Assembly (NCBI GenBank): GCA_013389015.1 | Contig: JACAEE010000007.1 | Location: 9,159-73,158, forward strand | Length of the DNA stretch: 64,000 bases | Direction: 5' to 3' | Source: Hydrogenophilaceae bacterium | GTDB taxonomy: Bacteria; Pseudomonadota; Alphaproteobacteria; Caulobacterales; Aquidulcibacteraceae | Part shown: positions 19,493 through 28,315 of the stretch, one piece after another | Layout of the letters: every line of letters starts with the position of its first letter | Numbering within the stretch: position 1 is the stretch's first letter | Notes under the pieces: generated by a model | Seen by the model: only the letters and a program-made list of their open reading frames with translations | Database searches by the model: none | Told to the model about the DNA's origin: nothing | Program-made: the position numbers and the translations under genes

Positions 19493-20395
19493 ATGAGGAA
19501 ATACCTCCGCAGTACCGATCATCTCCTGTTCGAGGCCCAGAACCGGATCGCGCGCATCACCCTCAATCGCCCGGAAAAGCGCAACGCGCTGTCGCCGGCG
19601 ATGCTCGCGGAATTGAGGGACGCGCTGATCGAAGCGGACGCGTCAGTCGATGTGAACGTCGTCATCCTGGAGGGCGCGGGCAAGGATTTCTGCGCCGGCT
19701 ACGATCTCGCCGGCGCCTATGCCGGCTACAAGGACGGCGAAGGGCCGCCCTGGGACGAGGCCGCGTATCGCACGCACAACGCCTCGCTCGATGACGATTG
19801 CTGGAACATGGAGCAGACGCAGCAGCTGACGCTGGCGCTGTTCGACATGCACAAGCCGGTGATCGCGAAGGTGCAGGGCAATTGCATGGCCGGGGGCACC
19901 GATCTGGCGCTCATGTGCGATTTCATCATCTGCGCCGAAGAGGCCAAGATCGGCTTTCCGGCGACGCGCGCCAACGGCACGCCGCCGAACCAGATGTGGG
20001 TCTATCATGTCGGCCCGCAATGGGCGAAACGGCTGATGATGACCGGCGATTGCCTGTGGGGCCGCGACGCGGCGCGCATCGGCCTTGTGCTCGACGCCGT
20101 GCCCGCCGCCGAACTCGACGACGCGGTCAACGAACTCGCGCGGCGGATCAGCTTCGTCGATGCGGAGCTGCTCTCCGCGCACAAGCGCATCGTCAACGCC
20201 GCGCTCGAACTGCAAGGCGCAAAGACCTTGCAGCGCTTCGCCGTGGAGATGGACGCGCGCGCGCACCTCTCGAAGGGCCCGCGGCGCACCCAGTTCAAGG
20301 CCGACATGGCTGAACACGGACTGAAGACCGCGCTCAAGAACCGCGACGAACCGTTCGGCGACGGAATGGTCAGTGCGCATTGGCTGAAGAAGTGA
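19493..20395 (+). CDS. crotonase-fold protein with a long insertion and C-terminal extension
   Basis: RITLNRPEKRNAL, LEGAGKDFCAGYD, and VQGNCMAGGTDLALMCD. An insert of about 35 aa (YAGYKDGEGPPWDEAAYRTHNASLDDDCWN) lies between the oxyanion-hole segments. Confidence 0.85.
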   Translation: MRKYLRSTDHLLFEAQNRIARITLNRPEKRNALSPAMLAELRDALIEADASVDVNVVILEGAGKDFCAGYDLAGAYAGYKDGEGPPWDEAAYRTHNASLDDDCWNMEQTQQLTLALFDMHKPVIAKVQGNCMAGGTDLALMCDFIICAEEAKIGFPATRANGTPPNQMWVYHVGPQWAKRLMMTGDCLWGRDAARIGLVLDAVPAAELDDAVNELARRISFVDAELLSAHKRIVNAALELQGAKTLQRFAVEMDARAHLSKGPRRTQFKADMAEHGLKTALKNRDEPFGDGMVSAHWLKK

Positions 20396-20409
20396 CGAAG
20401 GAAACCGCT

Positions 20410-21216
20410 GTGTCCGAAGAGTTTCTGATCGACGAGCCGATCGAGGGCGTGAAGCGCATCACGCTCAACCGCCCGGAGTCCATGAACGCGTTCACATTCC
20501 CAATGTACACGCGCTTCATCGAGATCCTGAACGCGATCAAGTTCGATCCGGCGACCCGCGTCGTCATCCTGACCGGGACCGGCAAAGGCTTCTGCACCGG
20601 GCACGATCTGCGCGCCGGGGGCTCGCCCGCCTGGGTCGATCCCAATGTCGGCAAGGCCTATTCCACCAAGTACACGATGAGCGTGCTGGCGCAAATTCCC
20701 CCGCTCATGCGCTCGCTGCCGCAGCCGATCATCTGCGGCGTCAACGGCACGGTCGCGGGCATGGGCTACGCGCTGCCGCTCGCAAGCGACATCGCCATTG
20801 CGGCCAAGTCGGCGAAGTTCGTCAACTCGATCCACAACGCCGCCACCGGCTGCGAACTCGGCATGAGCTACATGCTGCCGCGCGCGGTGGGCCCGCAACG
20901 CGCCGCCGAGATCCTGCTCACCGCGCGCACGGTGTTCGCCGATGAGGCCGAGCGCATCGGGCTCGTGCTGAAGACGGTCGCGGACGAGGACCTGCAGGAC
21001 GCCTGCCTCGACCTCGCCAAGGCGATCGCGGTCAATGTGCCGCTCGGCGTGTGGACCACCAAGCAATCGATGTGGCTCAACGAGAACGCCGGCAGCCTCG
21101 AACAAGCGATGGAGGTGGAAACGCGCGCCGTGTTCATGGCGCAATCCACCGAGGACGCGGCCGAGAAGCGCAAATCCTTCCTCGAAAAGCGCGCGCCCAA
21201 GTTCAGCAACAAATGA
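20410..21216 (+). CDS. enoyl-CoA hydratase/isomerase family protein
   Basis: KRITLNRPESMNAF, LTGTGKGFCTGHD, and GVNGTVAGMGYALPLASD. Start uncertain: GTG 20410 has AAGGA 8 nt upstream, and the alternatives are GTG 20392 (GTGA overlap) or TTG 20380. Confidence 0.85.
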   Translation: MSEEFLIDEPIEGVKRITLNRPESMNAFTFPMYTRFIEILNAIKFDPATRVVILTGTGKGFCTGHDLRAGGSPAWVDPNVGKAYSTKYTMSVLAQIPPLMRSLPQPIICGVNGTVAGMGYALPLASDIAIAAKSAKFVNSIHNAATGCELGMSYMLPRAVGPQRAAEILLTARTVFADEAERIGLVLKTVADEDLQDACLDLAKAIAVNVPLGVWTTKQSMWLNENAGSLEQAMEVETRAVFMAQSTEDAAEKRKSFLEKRAPKFSNK

Positions 21217-22121
21217 GCGGCGGAGACGGCGTTTTGACCTTCGAAACCATCCTCTATCAGGTCGAAGACGGCGTGGCGACGATCACGCTCAATCGTCCCG
21301 ACGTGTTCAACGCCATGAACCCGCTGATGACGGAGGAGCTGATCGCCGCGTTCGACCGCGCCGACGCGGATGACGCCGTGCGCGCGGTGATCGTCACCGG
21401 CGCCGGCAAAGGCTTCTGCGGGGGCGCCGATCTCTCCAAGGGCGCCTCCATCTTCGACAAGAACAGCCGCGCCGACTCGCCCATGCGAGAGGACGGCACG
21501 TTCGACTACAGCAAGGAATCGGCGCGCGACGGCGGCGGCAGGCTCGCGCTGCGCATCTTCCAGAGCCTCAAGCCGGTGATTGCGGCGGTGAACGGGCCCG
21601 CGGTGGGCGTGGGCGCCTCGATGATCCTGCCGATGGACATCCGCCTCGCCAGCGAGACGGCGAAAGTCGGTTTCGTCTATGCGCGGCGCGGCATCGTGTT
21701 CGAGTGCTGCTCCTCCTACTTCCTGCCGCGCATCGTCGGCATCAGCCGCACGCTCGAATGGTCGCTCAGCGGGCGCGTGATGCCGGCCGAAGAACTCAAG
21801 GCCGGCGGCCTCTTCCGCGACGTGCTGCCGGCGGATCAGCTCATGCCGGCGGCGCGCGCGATCGCGCGCGAGATCGCCGAGCACACGTCTCCAGTGTCGG
21901 TGGCGTTGATGCGGCAGATGGCGTGGCGCGGGCTCTCCATGGAGCATCCGATGGAGGCGCATCGCATCGAAAGCCGCGGCATCTGCACGCGCGGCAAGAG
22001 CGCCGACGCCAAAGAAGGCGTGCAGTCGTTCCTCGAAAAACGGCCGCCGAACTTCCCCGGCAAGGTCTCCACCGACATGCCTGATTACTTCCCGTGGTGG
22101 GAAGAGCCGAAATATTTCTAA
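21213..22121 (+). CDS. enoyl-CoA hydratase/isomerase family protein
   Basis: ATITLNRPDVFNAM, VTGAGKGFCGGAD, and AAVNGPAVGVGASMILPMD. ATGA overlap with the upstream gene. Confidence 0.9.
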   Translation: MSGGDGVLTFETILYQVEDGVATITLNRPDVFNAMNPLMTEELIAAFDRADADDAVRAVIVTGAGKGFCGGADLSKGASIFDKNSRADSPMREDGTFDYSKESARDGGGRLALRIFQSLKPVIAAVNGPAVGVGASMILPMDIRLASETAKVGFVYARRGIVFECCSSYFLPRIVGISRTLEWSLSGRVMPAEELKAGGLFRDVLPADQLMPAARAIAREIAEHTSPVSVALMRQMAWRGLSMEHPMEAHRIESRGICTRGKSADAKEGVQSFLEKRPPNFPGKVSTDMPDYFPWWEEPKYF

Positions 22122-22139
22122 CGCTGAGATGACGAGCCC

Positions 22140-23216
22140 ATGAAGACGGCCATCACTGAACTCTTCGGCGTCAAGTATCCCATTTTGCTGGCCGGCATGG
22201 GCCGCGTCGCGCTGCCGAACATGGTGGCGGCCGTGTCCAACGCCGGCGGCCTGGGCGTCTTGGGCGCCGGTTCATCGCCGCCGGACCTGACGCGCGAAAT
22301 GATCCGCGAGATCCGCACGCTCACCGACAAGCCCTTCGGCGTGAACGCGCCGCTGATGATCCCCAACGGCAAGGAGAACGCCGAGGTCGCGCTGCAGGAG
22401 AAGGCGCCGATCATCAATTATTCGATGGGGCGCGGCGATTGGATCGCAAAGGCCGCGCACGCCTATGGCGGCAAGGTCATGGCGTCGGTCACCAATGTCC
22501 GCTTCGCCGAGCGCGCGCAGGCGCATGGCGCCGACGCCGTCATCGCCGCGGGCATGGAGGCCGCCGGGCACGCGGGCGACGTGACGACGTTCGTGCTCAT
22601 TCCGCGCCTGGTCGAGACCCTCAGAATCCCGGTGATCGCGGCCGGCGGCGTCGCCAATGGCGCAGGCCTCGTCGGCGCGCTGGCGCTTGGCGCGGCCGGC
22701 GTCTCGATGGGCACGCGCTTCCTGCTCACCCAGGAAAGCCCGCTGCATCCGAACTTCAAGCAAGCCGCGCTCGGCCTCGACGTTTCCGACACGATCTTCT
22801 CGGACCGTTTCGACGGCGTCTTCAACCGCGTGATGAAGACGCCCGCCGCTGTGCGCGCGGAAAAGACCTGGATGAATCCGTTCCAGGTGTTCCTCGATTC
22901 CTTCGGGATCGCGCGCGAGCTGCGCACGCCCTATCTCAAGCTTTTCGCGCAAGTGATCACCGCGGGGCCCAAACAGACGCTCGAACTCATGCGCATGTCG
23001 CAGATGCTGAAGATGCATACGATCACGCTGACGACCGGCGACATCGACGCCGGCATGACCGCGAGCGGGATGTCGGTCGGCCTCGTGCACGACGTGCCCA
23101 CGATCGCAGAGCTGATGGAGCGCATGGTGGCCGAAGCGAAATCAGCGCACGCGCGCCTGAACGCCAGCATGGAAGATGCGCCGCCCGTTCCCGCCCTCGC
23201 CGAGAACGCCGCATAA
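22140..23216 (+). CDS. nitronate monooxygenase (NMO / 2-nitropropane dioxygenase, FabK-like FMN TIM barrel)
   Basis: ELFGVKYPILLAGMGRVALPNMVAAVSNAGGLGVLG, and IAAGGVANGAGLVGALALGAAGVSMGTRF. Confidence 0.85.
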   Translation: MKTAITELFGVKYPILLAGMGRVALPNMVAAVSNAGGLGVLGAGSSPPDLTREMIREIRTLTDKPFGVNAPLMIPNGKENAEVALQEKAPIINYSMGRGDWIAKAAHAYGGKVMASVTNVRFAERAQAHGADAVIAAGMEAAGHAGDVTTFVLIPRLVETLRIPVIAAGGVANGAGLVGALALGAAGVSMGTRFLLTQESPLHPNFKQAALGLDVSDTIFSDRFDGVFNRVMKTPAAVRAEKTWMNPFQVFLDSFGIARELRTPYLKLFAQVITAGPKQTLELMRMSQMLKMHTITLTTGDIDAGMTASGMSVGLVHDVPTIAELMERMVAEAKSAHARLNASMEDAPPVPALAENAA

Positions 23217-23231
23217 GGAGGAGGATCCGCG

Positions 23232-24179
23232 ATGAGGATTGAGGCCAAGCCGATCGAGCCGTTCGGGCGGGAGGTTTCCGGCGTCGATTTCACCCGTCCC
23301 TTCACGGCGGAGGAAAAGGCCGCCATCCGCGCGGCTTGGGTGGAGGGCGGCATCGCGATCTTTCGTGATTGTCCATCGGAGGACGCGCACCTCGCGCTAA
23401 GCCGCTGCTTCGGCGAGCCCGAGCCGTCGGCGACGAAGAAGCTCAATCTCGATCGCAACCCCTACATCATGGCGCTTGATCAGGACGAGAAGACGCCGGT
23501 CAACATCTACGAGGTCGACGGCGAGCGGCGCACCGGCTGGCTCGGCTGGCACTGGGACCAGGCGTTCATGCCCGAGATCGTGCGCGGCGCCGCCTTGCGT
23601 ATGCTCGTGCCGGCGCGCGTAGCCGGCGAAACCGGCTTCATCCATGCGGGCGACGCCTATGACCGCCTGCCGCAATCGACCAAGGAGCGCATCGAAGGGC
23701 TCGAAGTCGTCTACCATTTCAACGGCGCCCAGGAACAGAACCGGTTCGGCTTTCCCAAGTCGCTCCGCCTCGTGGAACGCGACGCCGAGCAGGCCGCTTC
23801 GATCGAAAAGTACACGCGCGAATTCCCTCCCGTCGTGCATCCGCTGGTGATCACGCAACCGGAATCGGGGCGCCGGCTCCTCAAGCTCTCGCCCATGCAT
23901 GCGCGCTCCATCCTTGGAATGGCGCAGGCCGAGAGCGACGCCCTGCTCCATATGCTCGCCGAACATCTCGTCGATCGGCGCTACGCCTATTTTCACAGCT
24001 GGCGCGAAAACGACGTCGTCGTGTGGGATAACTGGTCCGTCATCCATTGCGCCAACGGCGTGCCGCCGGGCGTCATCCGGCGCGCACAGCGCACCACCAT
24101 CCTGGGCGACTACAAGCTCGGCCGCTATCTCGACCCCGCCAAGCGGCTGAGCGATCATGCCGCCCGCCTCGTAGATTGA
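23232..24179 (+). CDS. TauD/TfdA family Fe(II)/2-oxoglutarate-dependent dioxygenase
   Basis: HxD in GWHWDQAF, then VVVWDNWSVIHCA with the distal His, then RRAQRTTI. Confidence 0.85.
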   Translation: MRIEAKPIEPFGREVSGVDFTRPFTAEEKAAIRAAWVEGGIAIFRDCPSEDAHLALSRCFGEPEPSATKKLNLDRNPYIMALDQDEKTPVNIYEVDGERRTGWLGWHWDQAFMPEIVRGAALRMLVPARVAGETGFIHAGDAYDRLPQSTKERIEGLEVVYHFNGAQEQNRFGFPKSLRLVERDAEQAASIEKYTREFPPVVHPLVITQPESGRRLLKLSPMHARSILGMAQAESDALLHMLAEHLVDRRYAYFHSWRENDVVVWDNWSVIHCANGVPPGVIRRAQRTTILGDYKLGRYLDPAKRLSDHAARLVD

Positions 24180-24186
24180 GCGTCCC

Positions 24187-25533
24187 ATGTCTGTGCGGCA
24201 AGAATTGCTCGACGCGATCGTAACGCCCGGCGTGTTCGACCGCCCGTATCCCGATCTTCAATCCAAGCAGCTGGAGGCGGCGCGTGCGCTGTTCGCCGAG
24301 CGCAAGGAGCAGATCGGCCTCTTGCGCCGGCGCGCGCAGGACGCTGGCGTAACCGAGATCGCCTCGCTCGCCGATCTCGTCCCGCTGCTGTTTGCGCACA
24401 CGGCGTACAAATCCTATCCGCAATCTTTCATCGACCAAGGGCGCTGGGACCGCATGGGGCAATGGCTGCAGACGCTCTCCGTCGACCGCACAGACAATGT
24501 CGATGTGAGCGGCGTGCGCGACGTCGACGACTGGATCCATCGCCTGCGCGAGGCCGGCCACATGGTGCTCGCCACATCGGGCTCGAGCGGCAAGTGCTCC
24601 TTCCTCAATCATACACGCGGCGACAGCGCCATGAAGCGGCGCCATGCGTCGGTCGCGGTCGGATGGCCGTTCGTGCGCGGCGCGCAGGACCGCGCATGCT
24701 TCTTCCTTGGCCCGAGCGAAGGGCCGAACAGCGCCATCGAGGCGGCTCAGAACAACGCCGCCAATTTCGGACGCCCCGGCGACATCCACTTCCTCACCGA
24801 CGAACCGCTGCTGATGAGCGACATCAGCCGCGCCGCCGCGTTGCGCACGCGTATGGCCGAGGGCACGGTGACGCCCGGCGAGATCGAGGCGTTCGAGGCG
24901 GACTCGCGCGCCAAGGCCGCGCGGATGGATGCGGCGCTCGACGCGATGACGGAGAAGATCCTCGCGCGCCGTCACGAGCCGATCTATCTCACAGGCCTGT
25001 GGGCGCAGCACATGATGATCATCGCGCGCGCGCGCAAGCTCGGCGTGGGCGACGGCGAGTTCCATCCGCAGAGCGTCATCAGCGCCGGCGGCGGCGTCAA
25101 AGGCGTGGCGCTGCCGGAGGACTACAAGGAGCAGGTCGCGCGGTTCTATGGCGACGTGATCCGACCGACGGCGTATGGGATGACGGAGATGGCGCAAATG
25201 ATGCCGCGCTGCGAGCACATGCGCTATCACCGCCCGCCCGGCCTCATCTGGCTTCTGCTCGATGCGGCTGGCGAGCGCCTGCTCAGCGCCGAGGATGGCC
25301 ACAACGGGATTGTCGAGGGCCGCTTCGGCTTCCTCGATCTTCTCTATGAAGGCCGCTGGGGCGGCCTGATCAGCGGCGACAAGGTGAGCATCGATTTCGC
25401 GCCGGAATGCCCGTGCGGGCGGCCAGGCCCCACCATTCTCGACACCATCACCCGGTTCTCGCAATCCGGCGATGATCACATCGGCTGCGCGGGAACGATC
25501 GATTCCTATATCCGGAGCTCGCTGACGTCATGA
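24187..25533 (+). CDS. LuxE-like acyl-protein synthetase / PaaK-superfamily adenylating enzyme
   Basis: 448 aa with P-loop LATSGSSGKCSF, an N-terminal LVPLLFAHTAYKSYP segment, YGMTE, and C-terminal CPCGRPGPTI. It overlaps the LuxC-like gene by ATGA. Confidence 0.7.
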   Translation: MSVRQELLDAIVTPGVFDRPYPDLQSKQLEAARALFAERKEQIGLLRRRAQDAGVTEIASLADLVPLLFAHTAYKSYPQSFIDQGRWDRMGQWLQTLSVDRTDNVDVSGVRDVDDWIHRLREAGHMVLATSGSSGKCSFLNHTRGDSAMKRRHASVAVGWPFVRGAQDRACFFLGPSEGPNSAIEAAQNNAANFGRPGDIHFLTDEPLLMSDISRAAALRTRMAEGTVTPGEIEAFEADSRAKAARMDAALDAMTEKILARRHEPIYLTGLWAQHMMIIARARKLGVGDGEFHPQSVISAGGGVKGVALPEDYKEQVARFYGDVIRPTAYGMTEMAQMMPRCEHMRYHRPPGLIWLLLDAAGERLLSAEDGHNGIVEGRFGFLDLLYEGRWGGLISGDKVSIDFAPECPCGRPGPTILDTITRFSQSGDDHIGCAGTIDSYIRSSLTS

Positions 25534-26915
25534 ACGTCCAAGCCAAGCCGCCGCCGCTGCCGGCGCCGCACGTCGTCAAGGGCGAGGCCGTCTTCGGCGT
25601 CGAAGCGGATTACGGCCGCTTCGCCACGCCGAAGCTTGATCTTGATGCGATGGTCTGGCCGCGCAACGAACCTGCGCCGGCGCGCGATGTTCCGGTCGCC
25701 GAGATCATGGACGTGCTCGTCGCCGTCGGCGAGCGATTGATGAGCGATCCGGACGGATCGCTCGCGGAGGCGCTCGAGCGCAGCGTGAAGACCAATCCGT
25801 TGCCGCGCGACGTGCTCGAGCGTTCGTACGCGGATCTTGGGCGCATCTTCAATCGCCGCGCGATGATGTTTCAGATCGAGCAAGAACTGGGCGGCGCCGA
25901 CGTGATCGACGGCTGGCGGGAAGTCGCCACGCCATCGGGGCGGCTGGCGCGCATACGCGCGTTCCCTACCAGGCTCGCGCACATCATCGCCGGCAATGCG
26001 CCGGGCGTGGCGGCGCAGTCGATCATCCGCGGAGCGCTGACCAAGTGCGTCAATCTGATCAAGCTGCCGTCCAACGATCTCTACAGCGCCACCGCGATCC
26101 TGCGCGCGCTCGCAGCCGTGGCGCCCAGGCATCCGGTGACGCGCTCGTTCTCGGCTGCGTACTGGCGCGGCGGCGACGCCAGCGTCGAAGGGCGGCTCTT
26201 CCGGCCGCAATTCTTCGACAAGATCGTCGCCTGGGGCGGGGAAAGCACGATCCGCGGCGCGCTCAAATATGTCGGCCCCGGCTTCGAACTGGTGGCGTTC
26301 GATCCGAAAACCTCGATCTCGCTGATCGGGCGCGAGGCGTTCGCTTCCGACGCCACGCTCGACGACGTGACGAGCCGCGCGGCGCTCGATGCGACGCTGA
26401 TGAACCAGCAGGCGTGCGTGTCCAGCCGGTTCCAGTTCGTCGAAGGCGCGGGGGAGGACGTCGATCGCTATTGCGCGGCGCTGCAGGCCAAGCTCGGCGA
26501 GGAGCGGCCGACCTCGTCACGCACGCCGATTCCGCTGGCCGGCGATATTCGCGACGAGTTGGATGGGCTGCGCGCGTTTGAGGACGAATACCGGGTGTTC
26601 GGCGGCTATGACGGGCGCGGCCTCGTCGTGCGCTCGGACGCGCCGGTCGACTTCTATCCCGACAACAAGATCGTCAATGTGGTGCGCGTCGCGGACCTCG
26701 CCGAGGCGGTGCGCCATGTCAGCGTTGCGACGCAGACGGTGGGCGTCTTTCCTGCGCGGCGGCGCATAGAACTGCGCGATGCGCTGTGCTCAGCCGGCGC
26801 GCAACGCGTGGCCGCGCTCGGCCTGGCGCAACCCGAAACCGGCCTGCCGCATGACGGATTCTATCCGCTGCACCGGTTCGTGCGCTGGGTCACCGACGAG
26901 GGCGAGCGGGACTGA
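25530..26915 (+). CDS. LuxC-like acyl-CoA (acyl-protein) reductase, ALDH superfamily
   Basis: 461 aa. HIIAGNAPGVAAQSIIRGALTKCVNLIKLPSND matches the LuxC HI(L/I)AGN...K.SS.D signature. The candidate catalytic Cys is in MNQQACVSSR. Confidence 0.7.
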   Translation: MNVQAKPPPLPAPHVVKGEAVFGVEADYGRFATPKLDLDAMVWPRNEPAPARDVPVAEIMDVLVAVGERLMSDPDGSLAEALERSVKTNPLPRDVLERSYADLGRIFNRRAMMFQIEQELGGADVIDGWREVATPSGRLARIRAFPTRLAHIIAGNAPGVAAQSIIRGALTKCVNLIKLPSNDLYSATAILRALAAVAPRHPVTRSFSAAYWRGGDASVEGRLFRPQFFDKIVAWGGESTIRGALKYVGPGFELVAFDPKTSISLIGREAFASDATLDDVTSRAALDATLMNQQACVSSRFQFVEGAGEDVDRYCAALQAKLGEERPTSSRTPIPLAGDIRDELDGLRAFEDEYRVFGGYDGRGLVVRSDAPVDFYPDNKIVNVVRVADLAEAVRHVSVATQTVGVFPARRRIELRDALCSAGAQRVAALGLAQPETGLPHDGFYPLHRFVRWVTDEGERD

Positions 26916-26922
26916 ACGGCGC

Positions 26923-27426
26923 CTACGCGCCCTCCTCGTCGGCCAGCCATTCGCGGAACTTCTGGAAGTGCCGTGTCCTGTCGCGCAGGGCGAATTCTCC
27001 GCGAGCGCGCGAGAGCACGACGCCGGTGGAGAGCAGGATCAGTTCGCCGGCGTTGAGCCAGCGATTGCGCTCCACCTTCTCGCGCCAGGCGACCAGCTTC
27101 AGCGGCCGCTCGATCGGCACGGGACGGAGGAAGTCGACGGTAAGGCTCGCCGTCACCGTCATGAGCCCCGACAGCAGCGCCAAATGGCCCAAGGCCTCGT
27201 CCATCGCCGACGCCGTCCAGCCGCCGTGCGCGACGCCCGGGCCGCCTTCATGATCGCGCGGGCAAGCCAGCAGCGTCTCGCTGCGAAACGGACCGATCAG
27301 CGCCTCGCTGGTGAGGCCGAGACGGCAATGTCCCTGACGCAGGCATTCCGCGCACAGAACCACATCGCCTCCCGGCGCGCGCGGCGCCGCCGGCGCCTCG
27401 GCGGGCGATGGAGAATCATCGGTCAT
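26923..27426 (-). CDS. PaaI-type hotdog-fold thioesterase
   Basis: VAHGGWTASAMDEALG core motif, about 167 aa starting at MTDDSPSP. It lies 5 nt downstream of the GntR gene on the same strand. Confidence 0.7.
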   Translation of the reverse strand: MTDDSPSPAEAPAAPRAPGGDVVLCAECLRQGHCRLGLTSEALIGPFRSETLLACPRDHEGGPGVAHGGWTASAMDEALGHLALLSGLMTVTASLTVDFLRPVPIERPLKLVAWREKVERNRWLNAGELILLSTGVVLSRARGEFALRDRTRHFQKFREWLADEEGA

Positions 27427-27431
27427 TCCGC

Positions 27432-28241
27432 CTACGCCCCCCGCCGCGGCGCCTTGATGACGATCCCGCCGCGCCCGCCGGCGACGAGTTCGTCCAGCTG
27501 CGCGCGAAGATGGCGGCGCCACCATTTCTCCGCCCCTTCGCGATCGCGTTCGCGCAGCAGCTCGATGAGCCGCTCCTTGGCGCGGATATGGCCGCGGCGC
27601 CCGCGCGCGGCTTCTTCGCCCTCGTAGATGAGGACATTGCCGATCTGCTCGGATTGCGCGCGCATCAGCTCACCCAAGATCTGCACGAACATGGAGAGAG
27701 TCGTGTTGGCGCAGATGTCGGCGAGGATCTGGTAGAAGCGCTCATGCTCGCGCGCGAACGCGTGCACGTCCTCCACCAGCGTCGCCTGCTGCGCGGCCGA
27801 TTGCGCCAGGCGCTGGATATCCTTCATGGCCGCCGTATCGGCGATGAAGCCCATGATGCTGGGTTCGATCGTCAGCCGCGCGACCGAGAAGTCCGCCTGG
27901 CTCGCGCCATGCGCTTCGAGATAGACGCCGGTATGCTCGGCCACCATGGCCGCGCCGGGCACATTGTAGCGCGCGCCGCCCGAGGCGCCGCGGGCGATGC
28001 GGACGAGGTGCTTGGCCTCCAGGATGCGCATGGCCTCGCGCACGGTGGGACGCGAGGCCTGGAAGCGCGCGCGCAATTCCGGCTCCGAAGGCAGCGCATC
28101 GCCGTGGCGAAGATTGTTGCGGCGGACATAGTCACGCACCCAATCCGCAATCAATTCAGCGGTTTTCGGCACTTTGAGGCTGTCGCCGAGGGGCGCCGCC
28201 CCCACCCCCGCAGACCGGGCCGCATGCTTCGTCATCGCCAT
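27432..28241 (-). CDS. GntR family transcriptional regulator, FadR (FCD) subfamily
   Basis: wHTH LPSEPELRARFQASRPTVREAMRILEAKHLV followed by an all-helical C-terminal domain. Start is MAMTKH at 28241 (or 28235). Confidence 0.85.
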   Translation of the reverse strand: MAMTKHAARSAGVGAAPLGDSLKVPKTAELIADWVRDYVRRNNLRHGDALPSEPELRARFQASRPTVREAMRILEAKHLVRIARGASGGARYNVPGAAMVAEHTGVYLEAHGASQADFSVARLTIEPSIMGFIADTAAMKDIQRLAQSAAQQATLVEDVHAFAREHERFYQILADICANTTLSMFVQILGELMRAQSEQIGNVLIYEGEEAARGRRGHIRAKERLIELLRERDREGAEKWWRRHLRAQLDELVAGGRGGIVIKAPRRGA

Positions 28242-28248
28242 TGTGATG

Positions 28249-28266
28249 CAATTATATATATAATTG
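28249..28266. promoter_or_regulatory. 18-bp perfect, almost pure A/T palindrome in the divergent GntR / amidohydrolase promoter region (candidate operator)
   Basis: CAATTATATATATAATTG. It overlaps a consensus TTGACA (28264-28269) on the plus strand and a TATAAT on the minus strand. Confidence 0.6.
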
Positions 28267-28315
28267 ACATTCCCGCAAGGGCCGGCGAGATTGCCAGGAC
28301 GCACAGGAGACAGCG

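Noticed and set aside
22140-26915. Possibility that the LuxC/LuxE-like genes mark a bioluminescence (lux) operon
   Set aside because: No LuxA/LuxB luciferase-like monooxygenase or LuxD acyl-transferase is present in the window. The neighbours are a TauD dioxygenase, an NMO and crotonases, so only the acid-reductase chemistry is inferred.
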